From positions 1-64,000 of the IMG/VR virus record IMGVR_UViG_3300028197_001183: a stretch of 64,000 nucleotides of DNA. The stretch is one strand, 5' to 3'. Origin of the DNA: a virus. Lineage: Duplodnaviria; Caudoviricetes. Shown here piece after piece: positions 17,202 through 26,231 of this stretch. Positions within the stretch are counted from its first letter, which is position 1. Each line of letters begins with the position of its first letter. The translations under genes and the position numbers were made by a program. The notes below the pieces were generated by a model, which was given only the letters and a program-made list of their open reading frames with translations, did not search any database and was not told the origin of the DNA.

Positions 17202-18563
17202 TCACATAAGGTTAGTAACCTTAACACGCCTGTAGTAACGGTTGGCGTTAGCGGTGAGAGCACCTTGACCTTGGGAAAGACCTTCAGCGAATGGGTTAGC
17301 AACCATTCCGTAACGAGTCTTAAATCCAATTTTTGGTTGGAAGGTATCAGGTCCCACAGCGCGGACCATCTGGAGGGGCACATAAGGGCAGTAGAAGAGA
17401 CCTGCGTCATAAGCACTGCTGCCTTTGTAACCAGCCACATAGAAGTGAGCGTCGGAAACGTTAGCAGAGTAAGGATCGACGTAGACCTTAATACGACCGT
17501 TAAGCGTACCAGCAAGGGTGCTGCTGTTGTCATCGGGCAGTAACTGAGCGTTACCAGACAGAGCAGGGGTGTAGTCAAGCACACCAGCCATGGACAGAGC
17601 GGAAGCCACATCAGCAGAGCAGATGAGGATGTTGCCCTTCCCACGACGAGTCTCGTGACCAATCGCATTCATGTCTCTCTCAATTTGGAAGAGAAGACCT
17701 TTGAATTTCTCAACTGACCAGCGACCGTTGGAGTCAACGTCGAGGTCAAACACACCTGCAGTTGCAGTGTTGTTTTGAGCACCAGGACGAGCAATCTTGT
17801 AAACAGTACGGACAACCTCACGGTTGATCTCTGCCAGCACTTCAGTGCTGAGGATGTTTGCAAGCTCGCTTTCGGCATCCAAACCATGGACTGCCTTAAG
17901 GTCCTGAGCAAGCTCAAGACTGTATTCTGCTTTCAGAGCTCTTGACTTCGCAGTAACGGTGACCTTCTCAATCGAGAAGCCCATTTCGTTGAAGTGGTTA
18001 GAAGATCCATCACCCAGTGTTTCAGACTGAGCAGTGGTCATGCCCTGACCGCCGACCGTGTACTGACCAGCACCATCAGCAAGCAGACCAGGATTAGATC
18101 CAGTCTGAGTGTTAGATGCAAGACCGTTTGCACTATTCTCGGAAGAATGCTCGGAGTTAACTTCGTTGAAGAAAGTCTCAACGCCGCTGTTGTTGATGTC
18201 TCTGTTGGTGCCCGTTGTGGAGCGCATTGCAAAGATCAGTCCAGTAGGACCAGTCATTGGTTGCACGCCGCAGATGTCATAAGCAATAAGCTTAGGCATG
18301 GAGCGTCTGATCAGAGAGATCAGCACAGGGTCGAAACCTGCAACAGGACCAGTGGCAGTACTGCCACCTGAGAATCCAGTGCCGCCCATTGAGTTAGTAG
18401 GAGCTGCTTCTTGTACAAGACCGCGCTCTTCTAGGAGGAATTTTTCTTGGTTCTCCAGGAGGACTGAGGTAACCGCCTTTCTGTATGTATCCTTAATAGG
18501 ATCGAGCTCACTGTGCTCAAGAATGGGGTTCCACTTTTCCTGGAGGTGTTCTGCGTTAAACAT
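17202..18563 (-). CDS. g23: Major capsid protein gp23
   Basis: AGFDPVLISLIRR, GVQPMTGPTGLIFAMR, KSRALKAEYS.ELAQDLKAVHGLDAE, FQPKIGFKTRYG. Confidence 0.99.
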   Translation of the reverse strand: MFNAEHLQEKWNPILEHSELDPIKDTYRKAVTSVLLENQEKFLLEERGLVQEAAPTNSMGGTGFSGGSTATGPVAGFDPVLISLIRRSMPKLIAYDICGVQPMTGPTGLIFAMRSTTGTNRDINNSGVETFFNEVNSEHSSENSANGLASNTQTGSNPGLLADGAGQYTVGGQGMTTAQSETLGDGSSNHFNEMGFSIEKVTVTAKSRALKAEYSLELAQDLKAVHGLDAESELANILSTEVLAEINREVVRTVYKIARPGAQNNTATAGVFDLDVDSNGRWSVEKFKGLLFQIERDMNAIGHETRRGKGNILICSADVASALSMAGVLDYTPALSGNAQLLPDDNSSTLAGTLNGRIKVYVDPYSANVSDAHFYVAGYKGSSAYDAGLFYCPYVPLQMVRAVGPDTFQPKIGFKTRYGMVANPFAEGLSQGQGALTANANRYYRRVKVTNLM

Positions 18564-18593
18564 TTTGTCTCTTAGGTTAAATGAAAGGGTAAA

Positions 18594-19628
18594 TTACTTA
18601 TTCCAGCGGGAAATTGCTTGGGCATATGCTGCCATAGCATCTCCAACAGGACCGTTCTCAACTTGGACATCTTCAGTGACAGTAGTCACTTCAGGCTTAG
18701 TGGAGAAATACGATTCACGGAGGGTAGAGACCTTCACACGGAAAGACTCTTCATTTTCAAACTCAACAGCTTCCGCTAGGGATACAATCTTCTCGCGTTG
18801 AGCGAGTGATAGTCCCTCAGCGATCTCTGTCACAATCCCATTCTTGATATAGGTGCCGACGCTCTTATTAAGCTCGACATTTTCTTCAATAGACTCGTTG
18901 AGTTTTGTTTCCATTACATCGAGTTGTGTCTGAATTTCTTCTACAACATCAACTTTTTCTTCGGGGAGATCAATATAGTTCTCCACGAAAACTTGCTTGA
19001 GACCTGCAAGCATGGACTCAGCCATTTCGGTTTTGATACCCTGCTCAATGGCGAGCTCATTCTTTGTCATCCACTGACCAACAGCATAAGTCAAATACTC
19101 ATCGACTTTTTCTGCGAGGTCGGACTTAACAGACTCAATTTCTTCTTCAAGGACTTTTGCATAGTCCTCGTGCATACGCTCCAACTCTTCGTTGATGCGT
19201 GATACGACTGCTGCTTCAAAGATCGTTTTTGCTTTCTCTTTGAATTCTTCAGTCAGCTCTTCACCTTCGGTAAGAGCAGCAACATCAGCAGAAAGATCTA
19301 CTTCAATTACAGTCTCCTGAGGCTCTTCAGCAATCACATCGCCCTCGGGCTCGTGACCTGCCTTCACATCACCCTTAGCAGCAAATTCTGCTTTTCCGCC
19401 AGAGGCGTCAGAGGGTTTTGTAGTTGGGGCAGCTGCATTTCCACCAGCAACAGTCTTATACTTATTGCTGTCATCTGTGGGTTTGCTATTCTGTGGTGTT
19501 GGACCACCGAGATCTTGTACTCCAGCGAGACTACTACCGTCAGCGCCCAATTTGGGCATAGGGTCGGCAGGTTTTGCGCCAGCGGTTACACTCGATTCAT
19601 CCAGAGTTGTTTCAATCTCTTGTGACAT
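18594..19628 (-). CDS. g22: Prohead core scaffold gp22
   Basis: LTEEFKEKAKTIFEAAV...VDEYL...W...N.LAIE.GI; between g21 and g23. Confidence 0.93.
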   Translation of the reverse strand: MSQEIETTLDESSVTAGAKPADPMPKLGADGSSLAGVQDLGGPTPQNSKPTDDSNKYKTVAGGNAAAPTTKPSDASGGKAEFAAKGDVKAGHEPEGDVIAEEPQETVIEVDLSADVAALTEGEELTEEFKEKAKTIFEAAVVSRINEELERMHEDYAKVLEEEIESVKSDLAEKVDEYLTYAVGQWMTKNELAIEQGIKTEMAESMLAGLKQVFVENYIDLPEEKVDVVEEIQTQLDVMETKLNESIEENVELNKSVGTYIKNGIVTEIAEGLSLAQREKIVSLAEAVEFENEESFRVKVSTLRESYFSTKPEVTTVTEDVQVENGPVGDAMAAYAQAISRWNK

Positions 19629-19668
19629 TTTGTCTCCTGGTTTACAAACGTGCGATATTTGCTATAGT

Positions 19669-19676
19669 TATTTATA
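19669..19676 (-). promoter_or_regulatory. Late promoter (g22-g23)
   Basis: TATAAATA. Confidence 0.8.
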
Positions 19677-19678
19677 GA

Positions 19679-20326
19679 TTAAAGATTTTTGATGAAGGAG
19701 TGAAACGCGGAAAGTTTCAACTCATCCAACTGAGAACGGTGGGCGTTATCAATTCTCTGTTTAATCTGCTCGATTCTTTGCTCTTGGATTGCGCCTCCAG
19801 CATAGACCCACTCTTTTCCTTCCATGATGCCATTGACAAAAGCGTCGGGGGCAGAAGGATCTGCTACGATATCCGCAGCAGTGGCAAGCATAAAATCATC
19901 AGCGACGATTTTAATACCACCTTCTTCTTTAATAGATCCGAGACCTCTAGAAGATACACCTAGTTTTACACCTTCGTCAAGAAGATTCTTCGCGATGTTG
20001 CCCATAGGGGTATCGAGAAGTCTTGCCTTACCTACGAAGTTATTGCCTTCTCTATGCAGAGAAGTAATTAAATGAGACACGCGGTCAAGATTAATAGTAG
20101 GACCATCAGGATGACCCAACTCACCTAGTGCGCGACCTTTGGTGATGTATTGCTCGTTGTATTTAGCAACTTCACGCTGCAAAGTTTCGGCGCGATACAT
20201 GCGACCATTTCTATTTTTGATTTCACCCTGCAAGAAGACACCTTCGATAAAATGGCGCTTTTGTCCATTCTTACCTTCGGTAATCGTTACCTTTGCGGAT
20301 TCAATCTCCTCCCTGATTAGTCTCAT
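19679..20326 (-). CDS. g21: Prohead protease gp21
   Basis: IEGVFLQ...NRNGRMY...ALGELGHP...LGVSSRGLGS...DIVADPSAPDAFV. Confidence 0.97.
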   Translation of the reverse strand: MRLIREEIESAKVTITEGKNGQKRHFIEGVFLQGEIKNRNGRMYRAETLQREVAKYNEQYITKGRALGELGHPDGPTINLDRVSHLITSLHREGNNFVGKARLLDTPMGNIAKNLLDEGVKLGVSSRGLGSIKEEGGIKIVADDFMLATAADIVADPSAPDAFVNGIMEGKEWVYAGGAIQEQRIEQIKQRIDNAHRSQLDELKLSAFHSFIKNL

Positions 20327-20549
20327 CTGTAGTTTCCTCTGGTGGTGTATCAGTTACTTCGGTCTCTGCAGATGCTTCGACTTCAGATTCGGTATTGGGG
20401 TCCTTAAACATTGAGGACCCAACCTCTTGCTTCTTAGCGTCAATTTGATCAACCGCTACTACTTTCATAGCAGAATCCACATAGTCTGATAGGTCTTTTT
20501 GACCTGCAAACAATGCGTTGACGATCTCAAGCGCGGATTGCGTTGGCAT
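20301..20549 (-). CDS. Small acidic prohead core protein (gp67/68 position)
   Basis: Acidic C-terminus; between g20 and g21; CTAAATA boxes at 20553-20559 and 20573-20579. Confidence 0.7.
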   Translation of the reverse strand: MPTQSALEIVNALFAGQKDLSDYVDSAMKVVAVDQIDAKKQEVGSSMFKDPNTESEVEASAETEVTDTPPEETTDETNQGGD

Positions 20550-20575
20550 AATTATTTAGAATTCAGTAATACTAT

Positions 20576-22210
20576 TTAGAAGTCTCCTTTTTTACGATCC
20601 GCCTGATCGATTCCACCCTGCGCGTATTGATCCATAGCTTGTTGCTGAGGATCAACTTCTTCAGGTTGGAGTGACATTGCCATTTGCTCGACTTCCATTT
20701 GAGGCAATGTCATTGGATCGATAACCTTACCGTCTTTAATCTCTTGCGCCATATCCTTATCGATGTCCTTGAATAGGGCATCAGGTTGCTTAAGAATCTG
20801 ACGACGCATGTATTCTAGTGAGAAGTATTTACCCACATATGGATCCATCTGCTCAAGAAGTGCCATACGAGCATTCATGATCTCTTGCTCTTTCAACTCA
20901 GCGAAGTAGTTGTCGGCAACAAAATCATATTGAATATGCTCTTTTGCATCTTCCCACTCTTCAGGTGTGAAAACACCTTTCAGAATAAGTTGAGTCTTGA
21001 GCAGATCGTTAAACAGATCACCAAACTTCTTGCGGAGTCTAACGACGAATTTTTGGAATTTAACTTCGTCACGGGTGATCTCTGCAGACCTACCTACGTT
21101 AAAAGAAGAATCAGATTCCAAACGTGACTCAGGTACGTTGAGTGACCTGTAGAGTTTCTTCTGGAAATACTTAACATCCTCCAACTCACCTAGGTTTTGT
21201 CCACCTGGGAGTGTGGTGATCTCAGTGCCGCGTCCACCTTCACGTCTTGGCAACCAGAAATCTTCCAGCATAGACATGAATTTCTTGTCATCACGAATCT
21301 CACCAGTGTCGGCGTTATATACCAACTTGTTTCTATAGCGAGACATCACCTCTCTGAGGTATTGCTCTGCTTTTTGCTTAGGTAGGTTACCCACATCGAT
21401 GTAGAAGATTCTACGCTCAGGTGCGCGAGAGAGACGATAGATAACCAGAGAATCCTCAATCATTCTCAGTTGATTGAGTGCTTTAATTGCTTTATGGAGG
21501 TGTGACAACACACAGTTGCGTTGCATATCAAGTTGACCTGAGTGTGCAAAAGCAATTGCATCAGGTGCAATCTTGATCCCATTATTTTCGTAACCGCGTA
21601 AACCCTTAGGGGCGTAAATATAATACTCAACTGCCTTAGGAATCAGCACGTTAACCTGTGGATCTGATGGAGATATCCGATCCTTGGGTTTATCATACTC
21701 GATAACTTTTTTGATTTTGCGAGGATCAATATACCTCAACTCTGTAATCCCTAGCGCAGGATTATCAGGGTTAATCATCTTATGGTAGAAGAGGCGACCA
21801 TCGATATACCATCTACGGAAGATATCATATGCCTTTCTATCAAAATCGAGGAGTGACAATACGTTGTCAAACTCCTCTCGGATGCGAGTCTTAATAGCGT
21901 CAGACACTTTAAGATTAGAAAGCTCAATATCAACAGGGTGATCGTCAAGATCTCCAGCGATTGCCTCATTCACGATGTCATTAATTGCTGCATCCGCTTC
22001 AGGATGCAAAGACATACCTCTATACCGACCAATAAGATCGGATTCACCAGCTTTATTTGCTGAGTCTCCCAGATCTACATACTGACCGAAGTGTCCGCCA
22101 GCAGCAATCGGTTGCGCGGCATCGTCATTGTCCTTATGCACGAAAGAAGGACCCTTCTCAGAGCCCTTACTTTTCTTTCGATCTAGGGAATAACCAAATA
22201 GTTGTGACAT
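20576..22210 (-). CDS. g20: Portal protein gp20
   Basis: FRRWYIDGR, YRLSRAPERRIFYIDVGNLPK, EDFWLPRREGGRGTEITTLPGG. Confidence 0.98.
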   Translation of the reverse strand: MSQLFGYSLDRKKSKGSEKGPSFVHKDNDDAAQPIAAGGHFGQYVDLGDSANKAGESDLIGRYRGMSLHPEADAAINDIVNEAIAGDLDDHPVDIELSNLKVSDAIKTRIREEFDNVLSLLDFDRKAYDIFRRWYIDGRLFYHKMINPDNPALGITELRYIDPRKIKKVIEYDKPKDRISPSDPQVNVLIPKAVEYYIYAPKGLRGYENNGIKIAPDAIAFAHSGQLDMQRNCVLSHLHKAIKALNQLRMIEDSLVIYRLSRAPERRIFYIDVGNLPKQKAEQYLREVMSRYRNKLVYNADTGEIRDDKKFMSMLEDFWLPRREGGRGTEITTLPGGQNLGELEDVKYFQKKLYRSLNVPESRLESDSSFNVGRSAEITRDEVKFQKFVVRLRKKFGDLFNDLLKTQLILKGVFTPEEWEDAKEHIQYDFVADNYFAELKEQEIMNARMALLEQMDPYVGKYFSLEYMRRQILKQPDALFKDIDKDMAQEIKDGKVIDPMTLPQMEVEQMAMSLQPEEVDPQQQAMDQYAQGGIDQADRKKGDF

Positions 22211-22235
22211 TCAACTGTCCCTATACATTATCAAT

Positions 22236-22243
22236 TATTTATA
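22236..22243 (-). promoter_or_regulatory. Late promoter (g20)
   Basis: TATAAATA. Confidence 0.8.
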
Positions 22244-22253
22244 CGCTAAGAAT

Positions 22254-22931
22254 TTACTTATCTACAGCGTTGCCAGCGTTGTTATCGTTGGCGTATGTCC
22301 AGTACTGGACTTGGAATTCAACAGTATACTCTTCAGGAGTATCGTTGCTATCCCATGCAAGATCAATTGCACTAACGTTTGATGGCCAGATGCCAACAAA
22401 CTGATACGATCTTACAACACCACCCTGTCTATCATACTGACGCACAAGTGCGCTAGACTGATACTCAGAGATATTCTTAGGTGTCTGTAGGTTTTGTTGC
22501 AGGTTTTGGATCTTAGTGGACCACTCTTCAAACTTAGAGCGCAGTGCAAATCCTTTGTCGTTAAGGACAGTAATTGTCCAAGGCTCAAAGGTTCTGTCGC
22601 CAGCGATCTTGAGTGTCCTACCTCTGTAAGGAACCTCGATCACACCCACTGTAGAAGCGGGAATGTTTGCTGCCTTCACAAGGAAGGTTGCAAGAGATCC
22701 AGATGATGCAGAAGATCCTGCTTGGGAAGCACCAGCAGTTTCCTGCTGACGCTTTTCTTGAGATGCAGGTGTGGCACCCGATGCGGGGGTGCCGTCATCT
22801 ACGATGCCTGGGAAACCGATTTCAACTTGAAATAGGTTGGGGCGGGCTAGGTCCCCTATTCTGTTTCTGAAGTCAAGGATTGGTGCGTTGACCATCTTGC
22901 CTTCTGTCTGCCCTGGGTATTTGTCAGCCAT
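22254..22931 (-). CDS. g19: Tail tube protein gp19
   Basis: ARPNLF.V...KAANIPAS..G.IEVPYRGR.LKIAGDRTFE.W...EEYTVEFQVQYW. Confidence 0.95.
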   Translation of the reverse strand: MADKYPGQTEGKMVNAPILDFRNRIGDLARPNLFQVEIGFPGIVDDGTPASGATPASQEKRQQETAGASQAGSSASSGSLATFLVKAANIPASTVGVIEVPYRGRTLKIAGDRTFEPWTITVLNDKGFALRSKFEEWSTKIQNLQQNLQTPKNISEYQSSALVRQYDRQGGVVRSYQFVGIWPSNVSAIDLAWDSNDTPEEYTVEFQVQYWTYANDNNAGNAVDK

Positions 22932-22982
22932 TTTGGTGAAGTACTCCGATGTTTATGTAATGGGGGTTAGATGGTTAGATGA

Positions 22983-25754
22983 TCAGGAGACGAGCTCGGT
23001 GAAGCTTGCGCCAGTCCGTGTTGCCGTGAATGTTAAGGTGATGAAGTTGATGGATCTCGTGGGTTTCACGAAGATCTCAGCATAGAATTCACCACGGTCG
23101 ATTGATTCCGCAGGGTTGTTGGTGCCATCACAGACAACCAGGAAGTCAACAATACCACGACGTGATTGGACAGATCTCAGGTAAGGCTCAACGATATTCT
23201 TGAATTGTTGGCGAGTAAACTCATCATTCAATTCAAAGAGTTGAGTCTTGGCAGCGTTGCTGACTGCTTCTTCGATAACGAGGAAGAGACGGCGGACGTT
23301 GATTCTGTCGAATGCGGATTGATAACCCAGTGCAGTCTTGTCTCCGAAGAGGACCATGCCCTGACCAGGGAATGCGACGATGGGGTTAACTCTTGCTGCA
23401 TAAAGCAGATCTCTATGATCCTTCAGAGGAGAATAAGCAAGTTTGATGCTGTTTCTCAGGTTACCACGGTTGAAACCAGCGGGTGAGAACCAAGGCTCTT
23501 GATTAAGAGTCGTGCTCAATACCAGACCAGCCATGTCACCGTTACAAGGAATGTAGCGATAGACATCATTATACTTGTCGTAGATATACTTGTAGTTGTT
23601 ATCGAAGACAGTGTAAGAAGAGGATCCGAGTTGATCGAAGTACTCAATCGTGCGGGTCACGATTTGAGGTGTAGAAGTTTGTCCTACAATGTCACCTCTA
23701 TAAGGTGAGATGAAAGCGATGCAATCCTTACGGGCATCTGCAATACCGATGATGTGTTGTGCTTTAGCGATAGTATCATTCAAACTATTCATGCCAGGAC
23801 CCATCAGGATGTAGTCCAGTTGCACAGTCTCAGCGTCATTGAAGAGTGTGTATGCACCCAAGATGTTAGGACGTGAGATGGTATAACCATCAACGCCACC
23901 TTGGAGAGCGAAGCGCAACGTTGCGCGACCCTTCGTGCCAACCAGAGGCACTGCAAGAGGATTGAGACCAGTTGGGTCATCAAGGTTGTTGAGGGAGTTG
24001 TCAGACTTAATCAAGTCAAACTCTCTGTTAACACCACTCAGACCGAAACCACCAGAAGAATTAGTGTCGCGATCATAGATGTTATTAACCTCGTGTGATC
24101 CCCAATACAGGAATTGCGAGAATTGCTTAATCACCTCCTTATAGTAGATGTTGTCACCCTGAGGAGACTTAGCATCGGTTGCCTTAGACACGTTAAGGTG
24201 CTTCTCAAGGAGAGCGCCAGGGGTGCCAGTAAGTTTACCGTCGCCGTCAAGGACCAGGATGTGTAGTAGGTCGTTATAACCACCTCTGTCTTCCACCCAT
24301 GCGGATGAAGTAGGACGAGGAGCAATGTTTGACCATCTCTGATTTACCCCATAAAGACGGGTGTCGTAGTCATTTTCTACTGCTGCGATCAACACAGAAG
24401 CAGCGTTTGCATCAGCAACATTCTGGTTTGCTTGGAAGTTGGGTGATCCAGGGTTAAGAGAAACTCTCAACTCTCTGCGGATTGACTCAACCTTAGCGGC
24501 ATCGCCAGTTGCACTACCAGGACTGTTGCTGTTGTTTGCCAACTCAGAAATGGTATCGCCAATCTCCAGCACGTCAGCGGAGGAGGTGTCGATAGCAACT
24601 TCTAGTTTGCGAGTCTCAGGATCATAAGCAACAACGCGACCAGTAACACCACCACTAACAGCAGTGATGTAGTTGTCCTTCTCAAAGGATCCAATCAACG
24701 TAGCGTCGTCAACTACAGTGACGATAGTATCGTAGGTATAAACCTTACCGTAGATGTTTGCTGCAGAGTATGCAACTTCTGCACCGTTAGTGAATTGCCA
24801 CTCAGTGCTAGTAGGTTGTGCCAAAGACAAGACCTGATCAGCACCAGCGTCGGTCATTACCACGCGGATGGAGTTGCCATGAAGACCAGCAGACTTAGCT
24901 GCCCATTTCCAGTTGTTGGCAGCAGACTCAACGTTATTCTCATACTCGTCATCATTTTTGATGAGGGGAGCAGAGATACCCGTTGCAGTGGTCTCGTTAA
25001 TCTCAGTCTTCGATGCTGTAACCAATTGCAGTGCAACGGCAGATCCATCGGTGTGTGCAGCAGCAGTAGTGCCGAGCAGACCGCGAGTCACGTTAAGGTT
25101 GTTGCCAGAGACACCAGTGATCTGCATGATCTCGTCATCAACTCTAATGTAAGAGTTGGTGCCGCCACCAAGTGTAGATGCAGAGGTCACAGTCAGAGTG
25201 CCGTCTGCGTCAGTGAAGGTAGATCCTTCGTTAATAGTAGATGATGTGCCAGCAGGCTCAATCAAAGTGATTGGGGAAGCAGCAGCGTGAGATGCAGCAG
25301 ATGTTGCAAGTTGACCGCGAAGCACAGTAACGTCGTTACCTGAAACTGCTTGGATAGTCAGCAATTCTGCGTCCACAAGGAGCAGATCGTTAACGTCCAG
25401 ATCAGTTGCAGCTGCAACTGTCAGCGTGGTGTCGGTGCTAGTGAAGGTTGAAACTACAAATTGTGCAGTATCAATTGCGTTCTTAAGCGAGTCATTCATT
25501 GCGCGGACCACCTTCACGGTGCCGCCATACAGCAAGAATTGTGCTGCAGTAAACCAATATTCGTAATTGTACTCGTTGGGTTTGCCAAAGATCGAGAGGA
25601 GCTCACGCTCGCTCGTTACCTGAGTCATTGCCTCAACGGGACCCTTTTCAAAGGAGCCCACAATAGCAGCAACATTATCAACTGTTGCGTTGGCTACTGA
25701 GGTAAGGTCTCTTTCAAGTACAACAACCCCTGGTGAAAGTTGTGTTGATGCCAT
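22983..25754 (-). CDS. g18: Tail sheath protein gp18 with inserted domains (923 aa)
   Basis: SPGV...E.DLT at the N-terminus; PWFSPAG, LFGDKT, AFDRINVRRLF, FELND at the C-terminus. Confidence 0.97.
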   Translation of the reverse strand: MASTQLSPGVVVLERDLTSVANATVDNVAAIVGSFEKGPVEAMTQVTSERELLSIFGKPNEYNYEYWFTAAQFLLYGGTVKVVRAMNDSLKNAIDTAQFVVSTFTSTDTTLTVAAATDLDVNDLLLVDAELLTIQAVSGNDVTVLRGQLATSAASHAAASPITLIEPAGTSSTINEGSTFTDADGTLTVTSASTLGGGTNSYIRVDDEIMQITGVSGNNLNVTRGLLGTTAAAHTDGSAVALQLVTASKTEINETTATGISAPLIKNDDEYENNVESAANNWKWAAKSAGLHGNSIRVVMTDAGADQVLSLAQPTSTEWQFTNGAEVAYSAANIYGKVYTYDTIVTVVDDATLIGSFEKDNYITAVSGGVTGRVVAYDPETRKLEVAIDTSSADVLEIGDTISELANNSNSPGSATGDAAKVESIRRELRVSLNPGSPNFQANQNVADANAASVLIAAVENDYDTRLYGVNQRWSNIAPRPTSSAWVEDRGGYNDLLHILVLDGDGKLTGTPGALLEKHLNVSKATDAKSPQGDNIYYKEVIKQFSQFLYWGSHEVNNIYDRDTNSSGGFGLSGVNREFDLIKSDNSLNNLDDPTGLNPLAVPLVGTKGRATLRFALQGGVDGYTISRPNILGAYTLFNDAETVQLDYILMGPGMNSLNDTIAKAQHIIGIADARKDCIAFISPYRGDIVGQTSTPQIVTRTIEYFDQLGSSSYTVFDNNYKYIYDKYNDVYRYIPCNGDMAGLVLSTTLNQEPWFSPAGFNRGNLRNSIKLAYSPLKDHRDLLYAARVNPIVAFPGQGMVLFGDKTALGYQSAFDRINVRRLFLVIEEAVSNAAKTQLFELNDEFTRQQFKNIVEPYLRSVQSRRGIVDFLVVCDGTNNPAESIDRGEFYAEIFVKPTRSINFITLTFTATRTGASFTELVS

Positions 25755-25796
25755 TAGTAGATTCTCCTGATTAGATTCCTAGTCGGATGCTGAAAC

Positions 25797-25803
25797 TATT
25801 TAG
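25797..25803 (-). promoter_or_regulatory. Late promoter (g18)
   Basis: CTAAATA. Confidence 0.7.
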
Positions 25804-25839
25804 AATAACAGCGTTTTTCAGAGGGTAAACACGACGAAA

Positions 25840-26067
25840 TCACCAGTCAGGATACTCTGTATCCCACTTCTTTTTCTTCTTTCTGTTAGCAGCGTTACGC
25901 TTTACTTGACACTGTTTACAGGTATAAGAATATGCTGAAACATTCTTGCCTCTATCAGGTCTAGTCTTGTAGAAATGATCTACTAATGACAGGGTGCGAA
26001 GACATTTACGACACTGCCGATCTACAAATAGAAACTCTTCTAGATCTAGGCTGTCTTCAAAGTCCAT
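25840..26067 (-). CDS. Small Zn-ribbon protein (CxxC...CxxC)
   Basis: RQCRKC...FYKTR...AYSYTCKQC...YPDW. Confidence 0.75.
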   Translation of the reverse strand: MDFEDSLDLEEFLFVDRQCRKCLRTLSLVDHFYKTRPDRGKNVSAYSYTCKQCQVKRNAANRKKKKKWDTEYPDW

Positions 26068-26231
26068 TCCTGTACTAATCTCGCAACTTGTTTTCTATCA
26101 CACCCTTCAGGTGCATTCTTTATACAACGAAGAATTAATTCTTCATCGCTGATAGTTGGTTTAATAGTAAACCCCCACTTATCAACTTCACCTTCGGTAG
26201 GTGCTTCAACGTAATCAAATTCGCTACTCAT
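26046..26231 (-). CDS. Hypothetical protein (61 aa)
   Basis: ATGA-coupled to the g17 stop; MSSEFDYVEAPTEGEVDKWGFTIKP. Confidence 0.65.
   Translation of the reverse strand: MSSEFDYVEAPTEGEVDKWGFTIKPTISDEELILRCIKNAPEGCDRKQVARLVQEWTLKTA

Noticed and set aside
17166-17204. SECIS-like reading of the hairpin after the g23 UGA
   Set aside because: The in-frame readthrough peptide (FWMLWRWLP...) is unconvincing, and nothing in the window points to selenocysteine machinery.
17069-17668. 199-aa ORF in the +1 frame overlapping g23 as an independent gene
   Set aside because: Codon bias in highly expressed genes often leaves this frame open, and the overlapping part does not look protein-like. Only the Cys-rich tail is kept as a finding.
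25906-25936. Third antisense promoter (TTGACA at 25906)
   Set aside because: The best -10 (TATGCT) is 19 nt away, and the shared spacer and hairpin are missing.
25840-26067. Homing endonuclease between g17 and g18
   Set aside because: Only a 75-aa Zn-ribbon is present, with no HNH or GIY-YIG catalytic motif.
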